Shown here: one piece after another, positions 37,399 to 48,080 of the stretch
How positions within the stretch are numbered: the first letter of the stretch is position 1
Layout: every line of letters begins with the position of its first letter
Assembly (NCBI GenBank): GCA_965223295.1
Contig: CBDCWC010000002.1
Location: 224,001 to 288,000 of the forward strand
Source: Nitrospirales bacterium
GTDB taxonomy: Bacteria > Nitrospirota > Nitrospiria > Nitrospirales > UBA8639
Reading direction: 5' to 3'
Length of the DNA: 64,000 bases
Notes under the pieces: model-generated
Database searches by the model: none
What the model saw: the letters and a program-made list of their open reading frames with translations, nothing else
What the model was told of the DNA's origin: nothing
Program-made: the position numbers and the translations under genes

Positions 37399-40218
37399 AT
37401 GTGTATGGCACTTATCCTTCCTGAAAAACAATCATCTCTTGGGTTGGATTTAGCCAAACTGTTGCGCCCCGAACAAGTCAAATGGGACTGGGCTACTCTT
37501 AAGGCCTACTCGGTTGATGCCAGTATCTATAAAATTCCTCCTCAAGTTGTCGTTCTCCCTCATACCGAAGACGATATTGATTTGGTGGTTGATTATGCTT
37601 GTCAAGTGGGTGTGTCGCTAACACCAAGGGCTGCGGGCACGAATCTAACCGGCTCGGCTATTGGATCCGGAATTATCCTCGATATTTCCAGAATGAATAG
37701 AATTTTGGAAATCAATCAGGATGAACAATGGGCTCGCGTGCAGCCTGGGCTTGTACTGGCTGAATTCAATAAGCAATTAGCTCCGTTGGGCTTAATGTAC
37801 GGTCCCGATCCTTCGAGTGGAGAGATGTGCAAGTTAGGAGGGATGTTGGCCAACAATTCCTCAGGCCCCCATACCCTGCGTTATGGAGCAGTGAAGGATA
37901 CGATACAGAGCTTGCGGGTTCGCCTTCTTTCGGAGGGCTGGTTGCACGCACAGATTGTTGACATTGGGGGGCCTGAGCATGATTCCTTGTTGAGGGAATA
38001 TGAGACACTGCGGGCTGTATGGAATATGGTGCAGCAAGATCAAGCGATGATTCGTGCGAAACGTCCCAAGGTCAGCAAGAACAGCTCTGGATATAACCTC
38101 TTTGATATTGTAGAAGGATTAGCTCGTGGAGTGTTTGATATTCCGAAGCTGTTTATTGGCAGCGAAGGAACATTGGGGGTGATGAGTGAAGCGACGGTGG
38201 CCTTAGTGGAACGTCCGTGTTCCACGGTGACAGGCCTGATCCATTTTCAGAGCTTGGAGGGAATGGGAGAAGCGGTTCCCCATTTGCTGGAGTTAGAGCC
38301 CAACGCGTTAGAGGTCATGGATGGAAATACCCTCGATTTGATTGGACGATCTGACTATGGAATTCCGTCAAAGGCGGCAGCAACGCTCTTGATTGAATTC
38401 GATGAGAACGAAGAGACGAGCCGGCGTGAACGGTTAGAAGGCATGTGTCGACAATTTTCTTTAGCTGACCAGCTGACGGTTGCTTCAGATCCTATCCATC
38501 AAGCGCAACTTTGGAGGGCTCGTAAGGCCTTGTATCCCACCCTGTATCGATTTGATCCACGAAAAAAGCCCATTAATTTTGTCGATGATGTGGTGGTGCC
38601 AGCTCCTCGAACTGCCGAACTCATTCGCTACTTGGAAGAGTATTTTGGTCAGGAGTCAGTGCCTGTGGCAGTCTTTGGGCATGTGGGAAATGGCAATGCT
38701 CATATTTTGCCGTTGCTGGATCTACAAAACCAATTGGATTTTCAACGAATGGTCGACGCTCATCGAGAGATTCATCATACGGTCTTAGACCAATTTGATG
38801 GATCCATTTGCGGTGAGCATGGGGATGGACGTATTCGTGCTGAAACCGTTCGCCTCATGTATGGGGAGGATGTCTATCAGCTTTTTGTCAAGGTGAAGCA
38901 AGCGTTTGATCCGCAAGGAGTGATGAATCCCGGTGTCAAAATCAGTCAAACTTCATTTACCGAACAGATTGATTTAGAGCGGATGGGAAAGCCCTGCGCG
39001 ACTTGTGCGAAATGTAATTCTGTCTGTCCGGTATATGATGTGTTTCAGTCAGAAGATATGAGTGCCCGGGGTTGGTTTGAAATTGTGACAGCCTCGGATT
39101 ACCAGTATCTGAACTCTCAGCGAGTTGTCGACTCCTGCTTAAATTGCAAATCTTGCCGCACAATTTGTCCGGCGGGTGTGGATGTTTCAGACTTAATTTT
39201 ACAACGGCGTGCGGAACATCCCAATTCAGTGGCTGCCAAAATTTTTTGGCTCCATGCGCGAACGATGTTGTTTCACCCTTTATTGAAAATAGTTGCATGG
39301 ACGCAGGTTCTTTGGGATCGTCCCGCCATTCGCCGTCTCCTTGAAGAAATATCCCGTCCTTTGTTGAAAGGACTTGCCTCCACAGCCAAACTTCCCAAAG
39401 AGATGCAGCTTCCCAGGTTAGCCAAACAGCACCTGCGAGATCGCTATGATCATCTGAGTCATCCAAGCCATATACAAAAATCTGAAGTGGCCTATTTTCA
39501 TGGTTGTGCGGCTAATTACTTTGATGATGGGGTGGGAGATGCTGTTATAGGGCTGTTGGAGGAGCGTGGTGTAAAAGTAGCCCTTCCGACACAACGCTGT
39601 TCTGGTACGCCTATTGAAACGTATGGGTTACGAACTCTGGCGAAAGAGGGGGCCAGGGAAAACTTAAAACATTTACGAACATTTAAAACGGTGGTGACAA
39701 GTTGTGCCTCTTGTACCTTAAGCCTGAAAGACTATACACGTTTGTTTCAGGGCGAGCCGGAAGAAACAGAGGCAATCGCATTGCAGTCTAAAGTCCAGCA
39801 CATTTCAGAATTTCTCTCTAGGTCTGGCCAGAAGAGAGAAATCCACTCAGAACGCTCTTCTCACATCAGTAAGAATGCACCAAAGGTGACGTATCACTCA
39901 TCCTGCCATCTTCGGGCTGCCGGTGTCACTCAAGCCCCGCGAGATGTATTGGCGGCTTTGCCCAATTGGGAATTTGTGGAAATGCCTGATGCTGATCGTT
40001 GTGCTGGAGGGGCAGGAACGTATATGGTAAAAAACTACGAAACTTCCCAAGAAATTTTTCAGAGAAAGAGACGAGCGATTGAACGAAGTGGTGCTCAATT
40101 AGTGGCGACGAGTTGTCCGGCCTGTTTGATTCAGTTAAAAAATGGGCTTGATGAAAAAATTCAGGTAAAGCATATTGCAGAAGTAATGCGAGAGAATGCT
40201 GTAATACCAAAAGAGTAA
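37399..40218 (+). CDS. FAD-linked oxidase fused to 4Fe-4S and CCG domains (GlcD/GlcF-like)
   Basis: RAAGTNLTG, GSEGTLG, GEHGDG, two CxxCxxCxxxCP clusters, CCG-like domains. Confidence 0.92.
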   Translation: MCMALILPEKQSSLGLDLAKLLRPEQVKWDWATLKAYSVDASIYKIPPQVVVLPHTEDDIDLVVDYACQVGVSLTPRAAGTNLTGSAIGSGIILDISRMNRILEINQDEQWARVQPGLVLAEFNKQLAPLGLMYGPDPSSGEMCKLGGMLANNSSGPHTLRYGAVKDTIQSLRVRLLSEGWLHAQIVDIGGPEHDSLLREYETLRAVWNMVQQDQAMIRAKRPKVSKNSSGYNLFDIVEGLARGVFDIPKLFIGSEGTLGVMSEATVALVERPCSTVTGLIHFQSLEGMGEAVPHLLELEPNALEVMDGNTLDLIGRSDYGIPSKAAATLLIEFDENEETSRRERLEGMCRQFSLADQLTVASDPIHQAQLWRARKALYPTLYRFDPRKKPINFVDDVVVPAPRTAELIRYLEEYFGQESVPVAVFGHVGNGNAHILPLLDLQNQLDFQRMVDAHREIHHTVLDQFDGSICGEHGDGRIRAETVRLMYGEDVYQLFVKVKQAFDPQGVMNPGVKISQTSFTEQIDLERMGKPCATCAKCNSVCPVYDVFQSEDMSARGWFEIVTASDYQYLNSQRVVDSCLNCKSCRTICPAGVDVSDLILQRRAEHPNSVAAKIFWLHARTMLFHPLLKIVAWTQVLWDRPAIRRLLEEISRPLLKGLASTAKLPKEMQLPRLAKQHLRDRYDHLSHPSHIQKSEVAYFHGCAANYFDDGVGDAVIGLLEERGVKVALPTQRCSGTPIETYGLRTLAKEGARENLKHLRTFKTVVTSCASCTLSLKDYTRLFQGEPEETEAIALQSKVQHISEFLSRSGQKREIHSERSSHISKNAPKVTYHSSCHLRAAGVTQAPRDVLAALPNWEFVEMPDADRCAGGAGTYMVKNYETSQEIFQRKRRAIERSGAQLVATSCPACLIQLKNGLDEKIQVKHIAEVMRENAVIPKE

Positions 40219-40288
40219 AACGGGTTTTCGCTCTTGTTTGTAGGTCTCAAGAGATCATGATCATGATGTGAAGAAAAAGGAATATTCG

Positions 40289-40570
40289 ATGGTAAAAGTC
40301 TTAATGTTTGGCCATGCTTTGCGTGAAGCTGTTGAGGATCCTGAAGTAGAAATTTCGTTGACGCAATCAATGTCGCTTCGCCAAATCCTAGAGGGCCATC
40401 CTGATCATTTTCTCGAAGTTCTCCCGTTTCTTCGCTCGCATGAACTCATGCTCACCATTAATCAAAAGATTTCCACATTGGATGCGATGGTGAAGGATGG
40501 CGATACCATCAAGATTACACATCAGGGAAGTGATCAGTCCGCAGATGGAGCCATGTGGCATAATCCATAG
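40289..40570 (+). CDS. MoaD/ThiS-like ubiquitin-fold protein without a C-terminal GG
   Basis: VKVLMFGHALRE...INQK...VKDGDTI; ends GAMWHNP. Confidence 0.75.
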   Translation: MVKVLMFGHALREAVEDPEVEISLTQSMSLRQILEGHPDHFLEVLPFLRSHELMLTINQKISTLDAMVKDGDTIKITHQGSDQSADGAMWHNP

Positions 40571-40605
40571 AACAGGCAGGAATGGTCATTTGATCAAGCG
40601 CAGGG

Positions 40606-40803
40606 TTAAGAGTTCTGTTCCTCGTCACATTTTTTGCAATTTAACAGTGTTCCTACGTAGTGCTGGCGACCTTCAACCGTTTGAACCCATGGCCGGTTAC
40701 TGAGTGGAGGGTTATGACGCACATGCTGGCCATGTCCACACTGCAGGTCAGCCACCCAATCCTCATGTTCATCTTGGTGGTATCCGATGATAGACTGATT
40801 CAC
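40606..40803 (-). CDS. DUF3565 family protein
   Basis: IIGYHQDEHEDWVADLQCGHGQHVRHNPP...RPWV...CKKC. Confidence 0.9.
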   Translation of the reverse strand: MNQSIIGYHQDEHEDWVADLQCGHGQHVRHNPPLSNRPWVQTVEGRQHYVGTLLNCKKCDEEQNS

Positions 40804-41234
40804 AAGTTTTTCCCCATGTATCGTCCGTTAGGGTGGTATGTACACCCAATTATCGTTGAGGAATAAGGTTAGAACATTGTTCCGACCTCTTGAAGGCCTT
40901 CGTTGATTTCCATGTGGGCAGCAATCGCAAGATAGCTAGAGCCAGCGATACTATTTTTGTCTTTTCTCCTCGTAAGAATGCTCCGGTTTCGCCAATGAGA
41001 AAAAGCGAGAGAACGAATAGTGAAGGACAGACAGGCACCGAAGTAATTTGGGGAGAGGGAACAACAAAAGGGACCCACAAGAAGGAGGGGAGAGTACAGC
41101 CTGAGATTATCCTGGGGAGGATAGACTAGAATAATGTAACAGTCTGTGTATCCTCAGGGTGCAAATTCCGGCTCATCCTTGTGGGTGGTCCCTAAAGGAC
41201 CGTTTCGCTACGAAGACGATGAATATTAGTAGCG

Positions 41235-41606
41235 TTACGCAACAGGGCTACAACTGAGGCCTGCGCTTTTACTTTTGGATGAGGCCAGGGGCCTGGATAA
41301 CAAGGGACGGGTCTTTTTCTTCATGGCTTCCCGTTCCGGGTGTTGACGATTTTCTAAAATGACAGGGTCGATGACCTCTCCACATTGCAAGCATCGTTTC
41401 GTGAGGATTTCCATTCCACCCGCATCATAATTCACATTCATGCACCAATGAGAAACGAGTAGGCCTCCGCAGCGAGTGCAGGAGTCAGTACTTGCTGGTT
41501 GTTCCAGTTTAACAAGAGAGGCATTTTTTATGGTTGGAACCGGCGCCAAACTTGCGGCTCGTTTCCCCGAAGTGACAGTTTTCTTTTGTATGCCGTGCTG
41601 TGCCAT
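41235..41606 (-). CDS. Small putative zinc-binding protein of a Nitrospira-type family
   Basis: AGGAG RBS; CTRCGGLL...RCLQCGEVIDPVILENR. Confidence 0.8.
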   Translation of the reverse strand: MAQHGIQKKTVTSGKRAASLAPVPTIKNASLVKLEQPASTDSCTRCGGLLVSHWCMNVNYDAGGMEILTKRCLQCGEVIDPVILENRQHPEREAMKKKTRPLLSRPLASSKSKSAGLSCSPVA

Positions 41607-41934
41607 GTTTTTCTCCTACAAGTAGTTCAAATTTCAAAAAAATCATTATAACTGATCTTTAATAGATATAGCTTGTTGTTCTTAAGTCAAGATTAACAGA
41701 ATATTAAAAAATCCTCATAATTCATACCTATAATTGAACAGAACATCAAATAACTGAATGAAATCAGTAGAAAGAGCGTAGAAAACGCAGCAACTTTTCA
41801 CAGAAAAAATATTATTATTTAAGTATTTTAATTTAAGTATATATAGCTGGTTTTATAGGCTTTTCAGATCATTCTCATTGTATCGAGTGAGTTTATTAGG
41901 GACCTAGGTCCATATTTGTATACTGGAAAATGTA

Positions 41935-42495
41935 TTAGGGCCATTGAAAATGTGTGACTGTCGGTGAGTCGGCTTGAACAATAACTGTTTTCTCAATACT
42001 CCTGCCACGTGAATCTGTTCCCCGAACGACATATGTTCCTGTCGGAATATTCATAAATAGCCAAGGCCCCTGGACCTGATCACCTGGAATGCTGAGTACG
42101 GTTTTGCCATCCTTAGTCTCCACATCAACGGAAACTCCAGCTAAATAGGCTCCTTTCCCTTGGATAAACACTAATTTCAAGGGGTATGGCGGGTATTTTA
42201 AACTCCGTTCTTCTTTGCCCAACCCTGCGCTAAAATATTGGATATTCTGCTGTTCATGCAATGGGAATTTCAGGGTTTTGGGATAATTCCCTTCAGGGAG
42301 TGGGATCTCCAGAATGTTCTTTATGGGTAAACCCGGCTCATCTGTTGCCGCCCAAGAGGGACTCCCACATAATCCGGATAGGAGGATCAGTTGAGCAAAA
42401 ACGGTTGTCCCAATAATAGAAGCATGTCTTTTATTGGGCCAGAAATCTTGTTGAGCAGGTCGTAACAAAGCAGCCAGGCTGGCTAATGTGTTCAT
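41935..42495 (-). CDS. Exported protein with carboxypeptidase-regulatory-like beta domain
   Basis: SAGLGKEER, YPLKLVF, GAYLAGV, GPWLF...P.GTY. Confidence 0.75.
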   Translation of the reverse strand: MNTLASLAALLRPAQQDFWPNKRHASIIGTTVFAQLILLSGLCGSPSWAATDEPGLPIKNILEIPLPEGNYPKTLKFPLHEQQNIQYFSAGLGKEERSLKYPPYPLKLVFIQGKGAYLAGVSVDVETKDGKTVLSIPGDQVQGPWLFMNIPTGTYVVRGTDSRGRSIEKTVIVQADSPTVTHFQWP

Positions 42496-42661
42496 CAGAG
42501 TTTCCCTCCTTTCTGAGACTTCATCGAATGCATGTCAAAGATTTTGTGATGGCCGTATGATAGCCAGTTAAAGAATAACGCAATTATTTAAATGGTCAAG
42601 ATCTCAAACGGGCAAAAATATTGAACACAATGAGTGGCGGAGGAGAAAAAAGCTTGTGAGG

Positions 42662-42850
42662 GGGACTGTTGAATAATTCAATTTCAAGTTACGAAAACGC
42701 TTTCAGTGTAGTGGAGACTTCGATGCGACGGGAATGGTCAAAAAGTCCATCCAGCAAGGCCGCAGCCATTGTTGCGCGCGGAGCGTAATGGTATGACGTG
42801 AACACGGAACAATGGCGAGAACGCTGCTGGCGGCTTTTTTCAACATTCCC
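42662..42850 (+). mobile_element. Family A element with alternative leader
   Basis: gggactgttgaa...ttcaacattccc; 5-bp duplication TGAGG. Confidence 0.92.
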
Positions 42851-42900
42851 TGAGGAGTACAAAGTGCGCCGCCAGCAATTCGGTTTAAGCGAGATGATGG

Positions 42901-44307
42901 TCAGTCCTCGTTGGAAAGAGTGGCCTTCGATAGTACTCTAGTGCTGTGTTCAATTGGTTCGAGGTCTGGAATATCTTTTCGAGGATTCACCCCAAGCTGT
43001 TTGAATTTTCTGGCAGAGGGTAAAATGCGATTTTCTAAAGACGCGACGGTCGCATTGTAGGATTCGACGGCGCGGCTGAGGGTATGACCGACTCTGGAGA
43101 AATGCTCTGCCATGGTGCCCATGCGTTCTGCTAATTCCTGGCCTAATAGACTAATGCGTTGGGAACTTTCTGCTACTTGCTCTTGTCTCCATCCAAAGGC
43201 GATGGCTCGAAGTAAGGCAATAAACGTGGTTGGTGTGGCAATGACTACTTTCTGGGTTAAGGCCGATTCGATGAGCGTTGGATCTTGTTCTGCAGCCGCT
43301 GCCAAAAAGGAATCATTAGGAATGAACAGGACTACAAATTCTGGTGCCGAGGGGAATTGCTCCCAATAGTCTTTGGATGCTAACTGACGAACATGGGATT
43401 TGACTTGGTCGGCATGTCGCTTGAGGGCTGTGGTGCGAGCTTCTTCAGTATGTGATTCCAAACTTTCTAAAAACGCGTGAAGCGGTACTTTCGAATCGAC
43501 GATGATTTCTCGTCCCGCTGGAAGCCTGACCACCATGTCAGGACGGAGTCGGCCGGTGTCGCTGGTGACGTGTTCCTGCTCATGAAAATCACAATAGGCT
43601 GACATGCCTGCGAGTTCTGCCGTCTTTCGTAATGCAATTTCACCCCATCGGCCTCGAACTTGGGGTGACCGCAAGGCATTGACGAGCTTGGAGGTCTCGG
43701 TTTGAAGTGACGACTGAGCGGCAGCCAAGTGCTTGAGTTGTTCACTCACTGAACCCAATTCACGAAGCCGTTTGTCTTCCAATGCCTTAGCTTCCTGTTG
43801 ATAGGTACGAAGAGATTCTGTGAGCGGGCTCACTAAAGCTTCAAGAGAAGTTTGGCGATGAGTGAGTTCGATGGCGGTTTCCTCTTTCAGTGCTTTGAAT
43901 TTCTCTTCGGCTAATGCTAAGAAACCCTGATTGTTTCCAGCTAAGGCTTCCGAGGCCAACGAGCGAAAAGTGTCTGAAAGGCTCTGCTTTGCCTCTTCTA
44001 ACAGTGTTCGTTGAGAGTCGAGGTGTTCTTGGGTGTTAGTTAATTTGGTTTCTGCTGAAACTTTTGCGTTTTCCATCAGACGAAATTCTTTGCAAAGCTT
44101 GTCATGCGTTTGATGCAGATCGTCCATCTGCGTTCGAAGGGCATCCAATTGAGTCTGTCTAGTGGCGAGTTGAGTTTCGAGGGCTTTCAGGGTTTCGAGC
44201 CTACGGTTTCGACAATACAAGAAGCATATGACCCAGGATAAGCCGCCAGCCGTGATAGCGCCCGCGAAGAGCCACCAAATGTGTTGGGGATCTTGAAACA
44301 CATTCAT
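42901..44307 (-). CDS. rmuC: DNA recombination protein RmuC
   Basis: N-terminal TM, coiled coil, RGRWGE, RPD, VDSKVP, ATPTT. Confidence 0.95.
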   Translation of the reverse strand: MNVFQDPQHIWWLFAGAITAGGLSWVICFLYCRNRRLETLKALETQLATRQTQLDALRTQMDDLHQTHDKLCKEFRLMENAKVSAETKLTNTQEHLDSQRTLLEEAKQSLSDTFRSLASEALAGNNQGFLALAEEKFKALKEETAIELTHRQTSLEALVSPLTESLRTYQQEAKALEDKRLRELGSVSEQLKHLAAAQSSLQTETSKLVNALRSPQVRGRWGEIALRKTAELAGMSAYCDFHEQEHVTSDTGRLRPDMVVRLPAGREIIVDSKVPLHAFLESLESHTEEARTTALKRHADQVKSHVRQLASKDYWEQFPSAPEFVVLFIPNDSFLAAAAEQDPTLIESALTQKVVIATPTTFIALLRAIAFGWRQEQVAESSQRISLLGQELAERMGTMAEHFSRVGHTLSRAVESYNATVASLENRILPSARKFKQLGVNPRKDIPDLEPIEHSTRVLSKATLSNED

Positions 44308-44458
44308 ATGAAGTCAATGAAGAGAACCAGGAAAGATGAATCAGAGTTCGGGGTTACCCACTTGTTTTCGAGAGCTGTTGCTTGGTTGAGTACCATTTCT
44401 GAAATTGTAAAGAGTATTTGGTCTCATGGGAACCCCATCACTGCAAGGACGCGATAAT

Positions 44459-44649
44459 GGGAGTGTTGAATCATGAAGATATCAAGGGCCATATTTTGGC
44501 AGGAAGCTGTTCGCTATCAATAGCATCGAGTCTGTTCAAAAAAGTCCGTTCAACAAGGCCGCAGCCATTGTTGCGCGCGGAGCATCCTGGTATTACGTGA
44601 GCACGGAAAAAGGGCGAGAACGCCGCTGGCAGCTTTTTTCAACAGACCC
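44459..44649 (+). mobile_element. Family A element, full length
   Basis: gggagtgttgaa...ttcaacagaccc; 5-bp duplication ATAAT. Confidence 0.93.
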
Positions 44650-44743
44650 ATAATTGTCGTATGCATAGACGAGTCTAGTTTTCTTGGGTACAGTAATACT
44701 AGTTGTCCCGAGTTTTGGGGGCTATGAACATTGGAGAATCATT

Positions 44744-46570
44744 ATGGAGAAAAAACATCGCGTTTCTCTGTGGTACTTCATTATCGCATTTTGGGCGCTC
44801 ATTATTCTTCAAGAAATTTATGTGGCTTCTCAACATATGGATGAGGTGCCCTATAGTCAATTTAAAGCATGGGTCCTAGACGATAACGTTGCGGAAGTTT
44901 CCATTACGGACACCATCATCCATGGAAAATTGAAAGAAGGCCGAGATGGAGACGGCTCTCAATGGTTTCAAACTGTCCGTGTGGATGATCCAGACCTCGT
45001 TCGACTGCTAGAGGAAAAGCATGTGGAATTTGCTGGGGTGGTGATCAGTACACTCTGGAAAGATGTAGCGTCTTGGGTTGTGCCGATCTTAATTTTTGCC
45101 GCGATCTGGTTCTGGATTTTACGAAAGGTTGGACAGGGTGCTGGTGGCGGGTTTATGCGAATAGGAAAATCCAAAGCCAAGGTCTATATGGAAAAAGATA
45201 TTCCGACGCGCATGAAGGATGTGGCTGGTGTGGATGAAGCAAGGGAAGAACTGTTGGAGGTCGTGGAATTTTTACGTACACCCGAAAAATATACAAAAAT
45301 TGGCGGGAAGATTCCCAAGGGAGTGCTTCTCGTCGGTCCACCCGGCACTGGAAAAACCTTGCTAGCCAAGGCGATTGCCGGAGAAGCTGGGGTGCCATTT
45401 TTTTCTATTAGCGGATCGGAATTTGTGGAAATGTTTGTGGGGGTGGGTGCAGCGCGTGTGAGGGACTTGTTCGAACAAGCTCAGGCGAAGGCGCCTTGTA
45501 TTATTTTTGTTGATGAATTGGATGCGTTGGGAAAGGCCCGGGGAACCGGTCCCATGATGCATGAGGAGCGGGAGCAGACTTTGAACCAACTGTTGGTGGA
45601 AATGGATGGGTTTGACCCTCGGGTCGGCGTGATTCTCTTAGCAGCTACGAATCGTCCAGAAATTTTGGACCAAGCCTTACTCCGTGCTGGGCGGTTTGAC
45701 CGGCAAGTGGTTGTTGATCGTCCTGATCGCGCTGGCCGGGAGGCCATTTTGGCCATTCATACCCAATCTATCAAGGTCGACTCTGAGGTGGACTTGGAAA
45801 AGATTGCGGCGATGACGCCAGGAATGGTTGGAGCCGACTTAGCGAACGTGGTGAATGAAGCCGCATTATTGGCCATTCGGCGTGGTCGAGAGACTGCGCA
45901 AGAAGAGGATTTTCAGGAAGCGGTTGAGCGAGTGATTGCTGGACTGGAAAAGAAGAACCGTGTTCTAAATGAAGAGGAACGTCGGAGAGTGGCCCATCAT
46001 GAAGTAGGGCATGCATTAGTGGCGTTGTCGTTGCCTGGTTCAGATCCCGTGCATAAAATTTCTATCATTCCTCGAGGTATTGCGGCTCTAGGGTATACGC
46101 TGCAATTGCCGACTGAAGATCGGTACCTCTTAACAAGAACAGAGCTAGAAAATCGTATAGCTGTACTGTTAGGGGGGCGTATTGCGGAGGAGTTAGTGTT
46201 TGGAGAAGCTTCCACGGGGGCCGCGGATGATTTACAGAAAGCCACGAGTATCGCGAAGCGAATGGTTAAAGATTATGGCATGAGTGAAAAGCTAGGGACG
46301 GTGAGTTTGGATGAATCAATACAACCGACATTTTTAAAAACAGCCGAACCTCATGCTGTCCCGACCTATTCCGAACATACGGCTCAGGAAATTGATTCAG
46401 AAGTGCGGCGGCTCATTGATGAACAAGGGCATCGTGTCCGAACGATGCTGACAAACCTTCAGTCTGTCTTGTTGTCGGCTGCCGAGCAACTTTTAAAGGC
46501 GGAAGTGATGACCGGTGATGAATTGCAGGCGCTTCTCTCGCCTAATAAAAAAGAACCCACTCTTCAATGA
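44744..46570 (+). CDS. ftsH: ATP-dependent zinc metalloprotease FtsH
   Basis: Two TMs, [33 protein letters not shown]. Confidence 0.97.
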   Translation: MEKKHRVSLWYFIIAFWALIILQEIYVASQHMDEVPYSQFKAWVLDDNVAEVSITDTIIHGKLKEGRDGDGSQWFQTVRVDDPDLVRLLEEKHVEFAGVVISTLWKDVASWVVPILIFAAIWFWILRKVGQGAGGGFMRIGKSKAKVYMEKDIPTRMKDVAGVDEAREELLEVVEFLRTPEKYTKIGGKIPKGVLLVGPPGTGKTLLAKAIAGEAGVPFFSISGSEFVEMFVGVGAARVRDLFEQAQAKAPCIIFVDELDALGKARGTGPMMHEEREQTLNQLLVEMDGFDPRVGVILLAATNRPEILDQALLRAGRFDRQVVVDRPDRAGREAILAIHTQSIKVDSEVDLEKIAAMTPGMVGADLANVVNEAALLAIRRGRETAQEEDFQEAVERVIAGLEKKNRVLNEEERRRVAHHEVGHALVALSLPGSDPVHKISIIPRGIAALGYTLQLPTEDRYLLTRTELENRIAVLLGGRIAEELVFGEASTGAADDLQKATSIAKRMVKDYGMSEKLGTVSLDESIQPTFLKTAEPHAVPTYSEHTAQEIDSEVRRLIDEQGHRVRTMLTNLQSVLLSAAEQLLKAEVMTGDELQALLSPNKKEPTLQ

Positions 46571-46587
46571 ATCAGGCTGTCTAGTCT

Positions 46588-47520
46588 TTAGTGGTTACCT
46601 TTCCCTTGATCTTCGTGGGTTACTTGAATATCAATGACGGCGCCCTCTCGCTCTAAGGCGCGAGTGCCAAATCGATAGGTTGGCGACATGGTATTGTGGG
46701 CCATGCGCCGGTCTCGCGGTTCTGGAAATTCCATGCGAACCTTCATGTCTTCATTGCCAAGCACGACGACTTTCATATCCAAAAAGCCTGCCATGCCTGG
46801 ATGCCAGGCGACCAATTTATATACCCCTTCAGGAATGTCGGGGAGTGTGAAGTTTCCATGTTCATCTGTCACCGCGTAATACGGATTGTAAACGGCCAGT
46901 CCCCAAGCTTGCATGTACGGATGAAAGCCACATTCTATAAAAAATGTTCTGCGGCCCTGGGTAAAGTGAATGGTGTCGATCATGGCTTCGCCTGGTTTGT
47001 GTTGATGATCTTTAAGAAGATCTTTAGGATGAAAAGGGTTGAGTCGAAGTGGCCGGTGAAGCATGACTTTGGCTCCAAAGGGAGCGGTTTCATAGATCTG
47101 GACATCATGGATGATTGGGTCCATGTTTTTGATATGAATGGGTTGATGATCGCGAACCACCAGGAGCCAGGGATCGAACACACAATCTTCGACCACCACT
47201 TGGGAGGGTGGGATTTCAGAAAAAGGTTTGCCTTGATGGATGCCTTCCAAGAACACTACCGTATTTTTTAATCCGCCATCGGAGGCAACATGAAATTCAT
47301 CGATTAAGCGCCAGCCGTCGCCGGTTGAAATGCGCCCGCAAAATTCGGTGTTATTGTTGGTGATGAGTGAGAAGGCCAAGGGAGGCGGTTCTTTACCAGC
47401 GAGCACGATTTTACCGGAAATTGAGCCTCCATTTGAGACAGAAGTTTCCTTATAGGCCAAAGTTGGGGAAGAAAGGCTAATCGTCAATGCGATGGTGAAA
47501 AATCCTAACGCGATTTTCAT
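46588..47520 (-). CDS. Exported carboxypeptidase-regulatory-like / cupredoxin-like protein
   Basis: Signal peptide; GGSISGKI, C.F.P, N.DPIIH, CGFHPYMQAW, NPYYAVTD. Confidence 0.8.
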   Translation of the reverse strand: MKIALGFFTIALTISLSSPTLAYKETSVSNGGSISGKIVLAGKEPPPLAFSLITNNNTEFCGRISTGDGWRLIDEFHVASDGGLKNTVVFLEGIHQGKPFSEIPPSQVVVEDCVFDPWLLVVRDHQPIHIKNMDPIIHDVQIYETAPFGAKVMLHRPLRLNPFHPKDLLKDHQHKPGEAMIDTIHFTQGRRTFFIECGFHPYMQAWGLAVYNPYYAVTDEHGNFTLPDIPEGVYKLVAWHPGMAGFLDMKVVVLGNEDMKVRMEFPEPRDRRMAHNTMSPTYRFGTRALEREGAVIDIQVTHEDQGKGNH

Positions 47521-47798
47521 GGATCAATCCTTTGGTAAATCAGATAAAAAAGCTCTTACACACAAGCTGCTATTCTAAGGAATTCCTAAACCTCTTTTCC
47601 AGTCTTCTGTGCTGTCCCAAACATACAGAATGGATTCCTCAGTTTTAGGGCAACCCAGAACGTCTAGGCTCTAAGTCGTGAGTTTGACGCTTTCAGCGAC
47701 ATCTCTAGCAATTAGAGCTGTCGCGCTTTTCCCCATATTCCAATCACGTTTTCCATAATGGACTTGTATTATAAGACGTTTTGGCCACTTCCCTGTAG

Positions 47799-47989
47799 GG
47801 AACTGTTGAATAATGAAGATATCAAAGGTCGTATTTCATCACGAAGGCCTAGACAATCAGAAGCTTCGGGTCGGTTCAAAAAAGTCCGTCCAGCAGGGCC
47901 ACAGCCATTTTTGGGCGCGGAGCGTACCGGCAATACGTGAGTACGGAGCAATGGCGAGAACCTCGCTGGTGGCTTTTTTCAACCGACCC
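47799..47989 (+). mobile_element. Family A element, full length
   Basis: ggaactgttgaa...ttcaaccgaccc; no target duplication seen. Confidence 0.9.
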
Positions 47990-48080
47990 CTCTTGTACTT
48001 GTTCGACTGAATGTAAATATAAGCATATCTCTTGCCAAATCTTTAACAGAGCTAGATGTACCCTATGTTTTCTTGATTCA

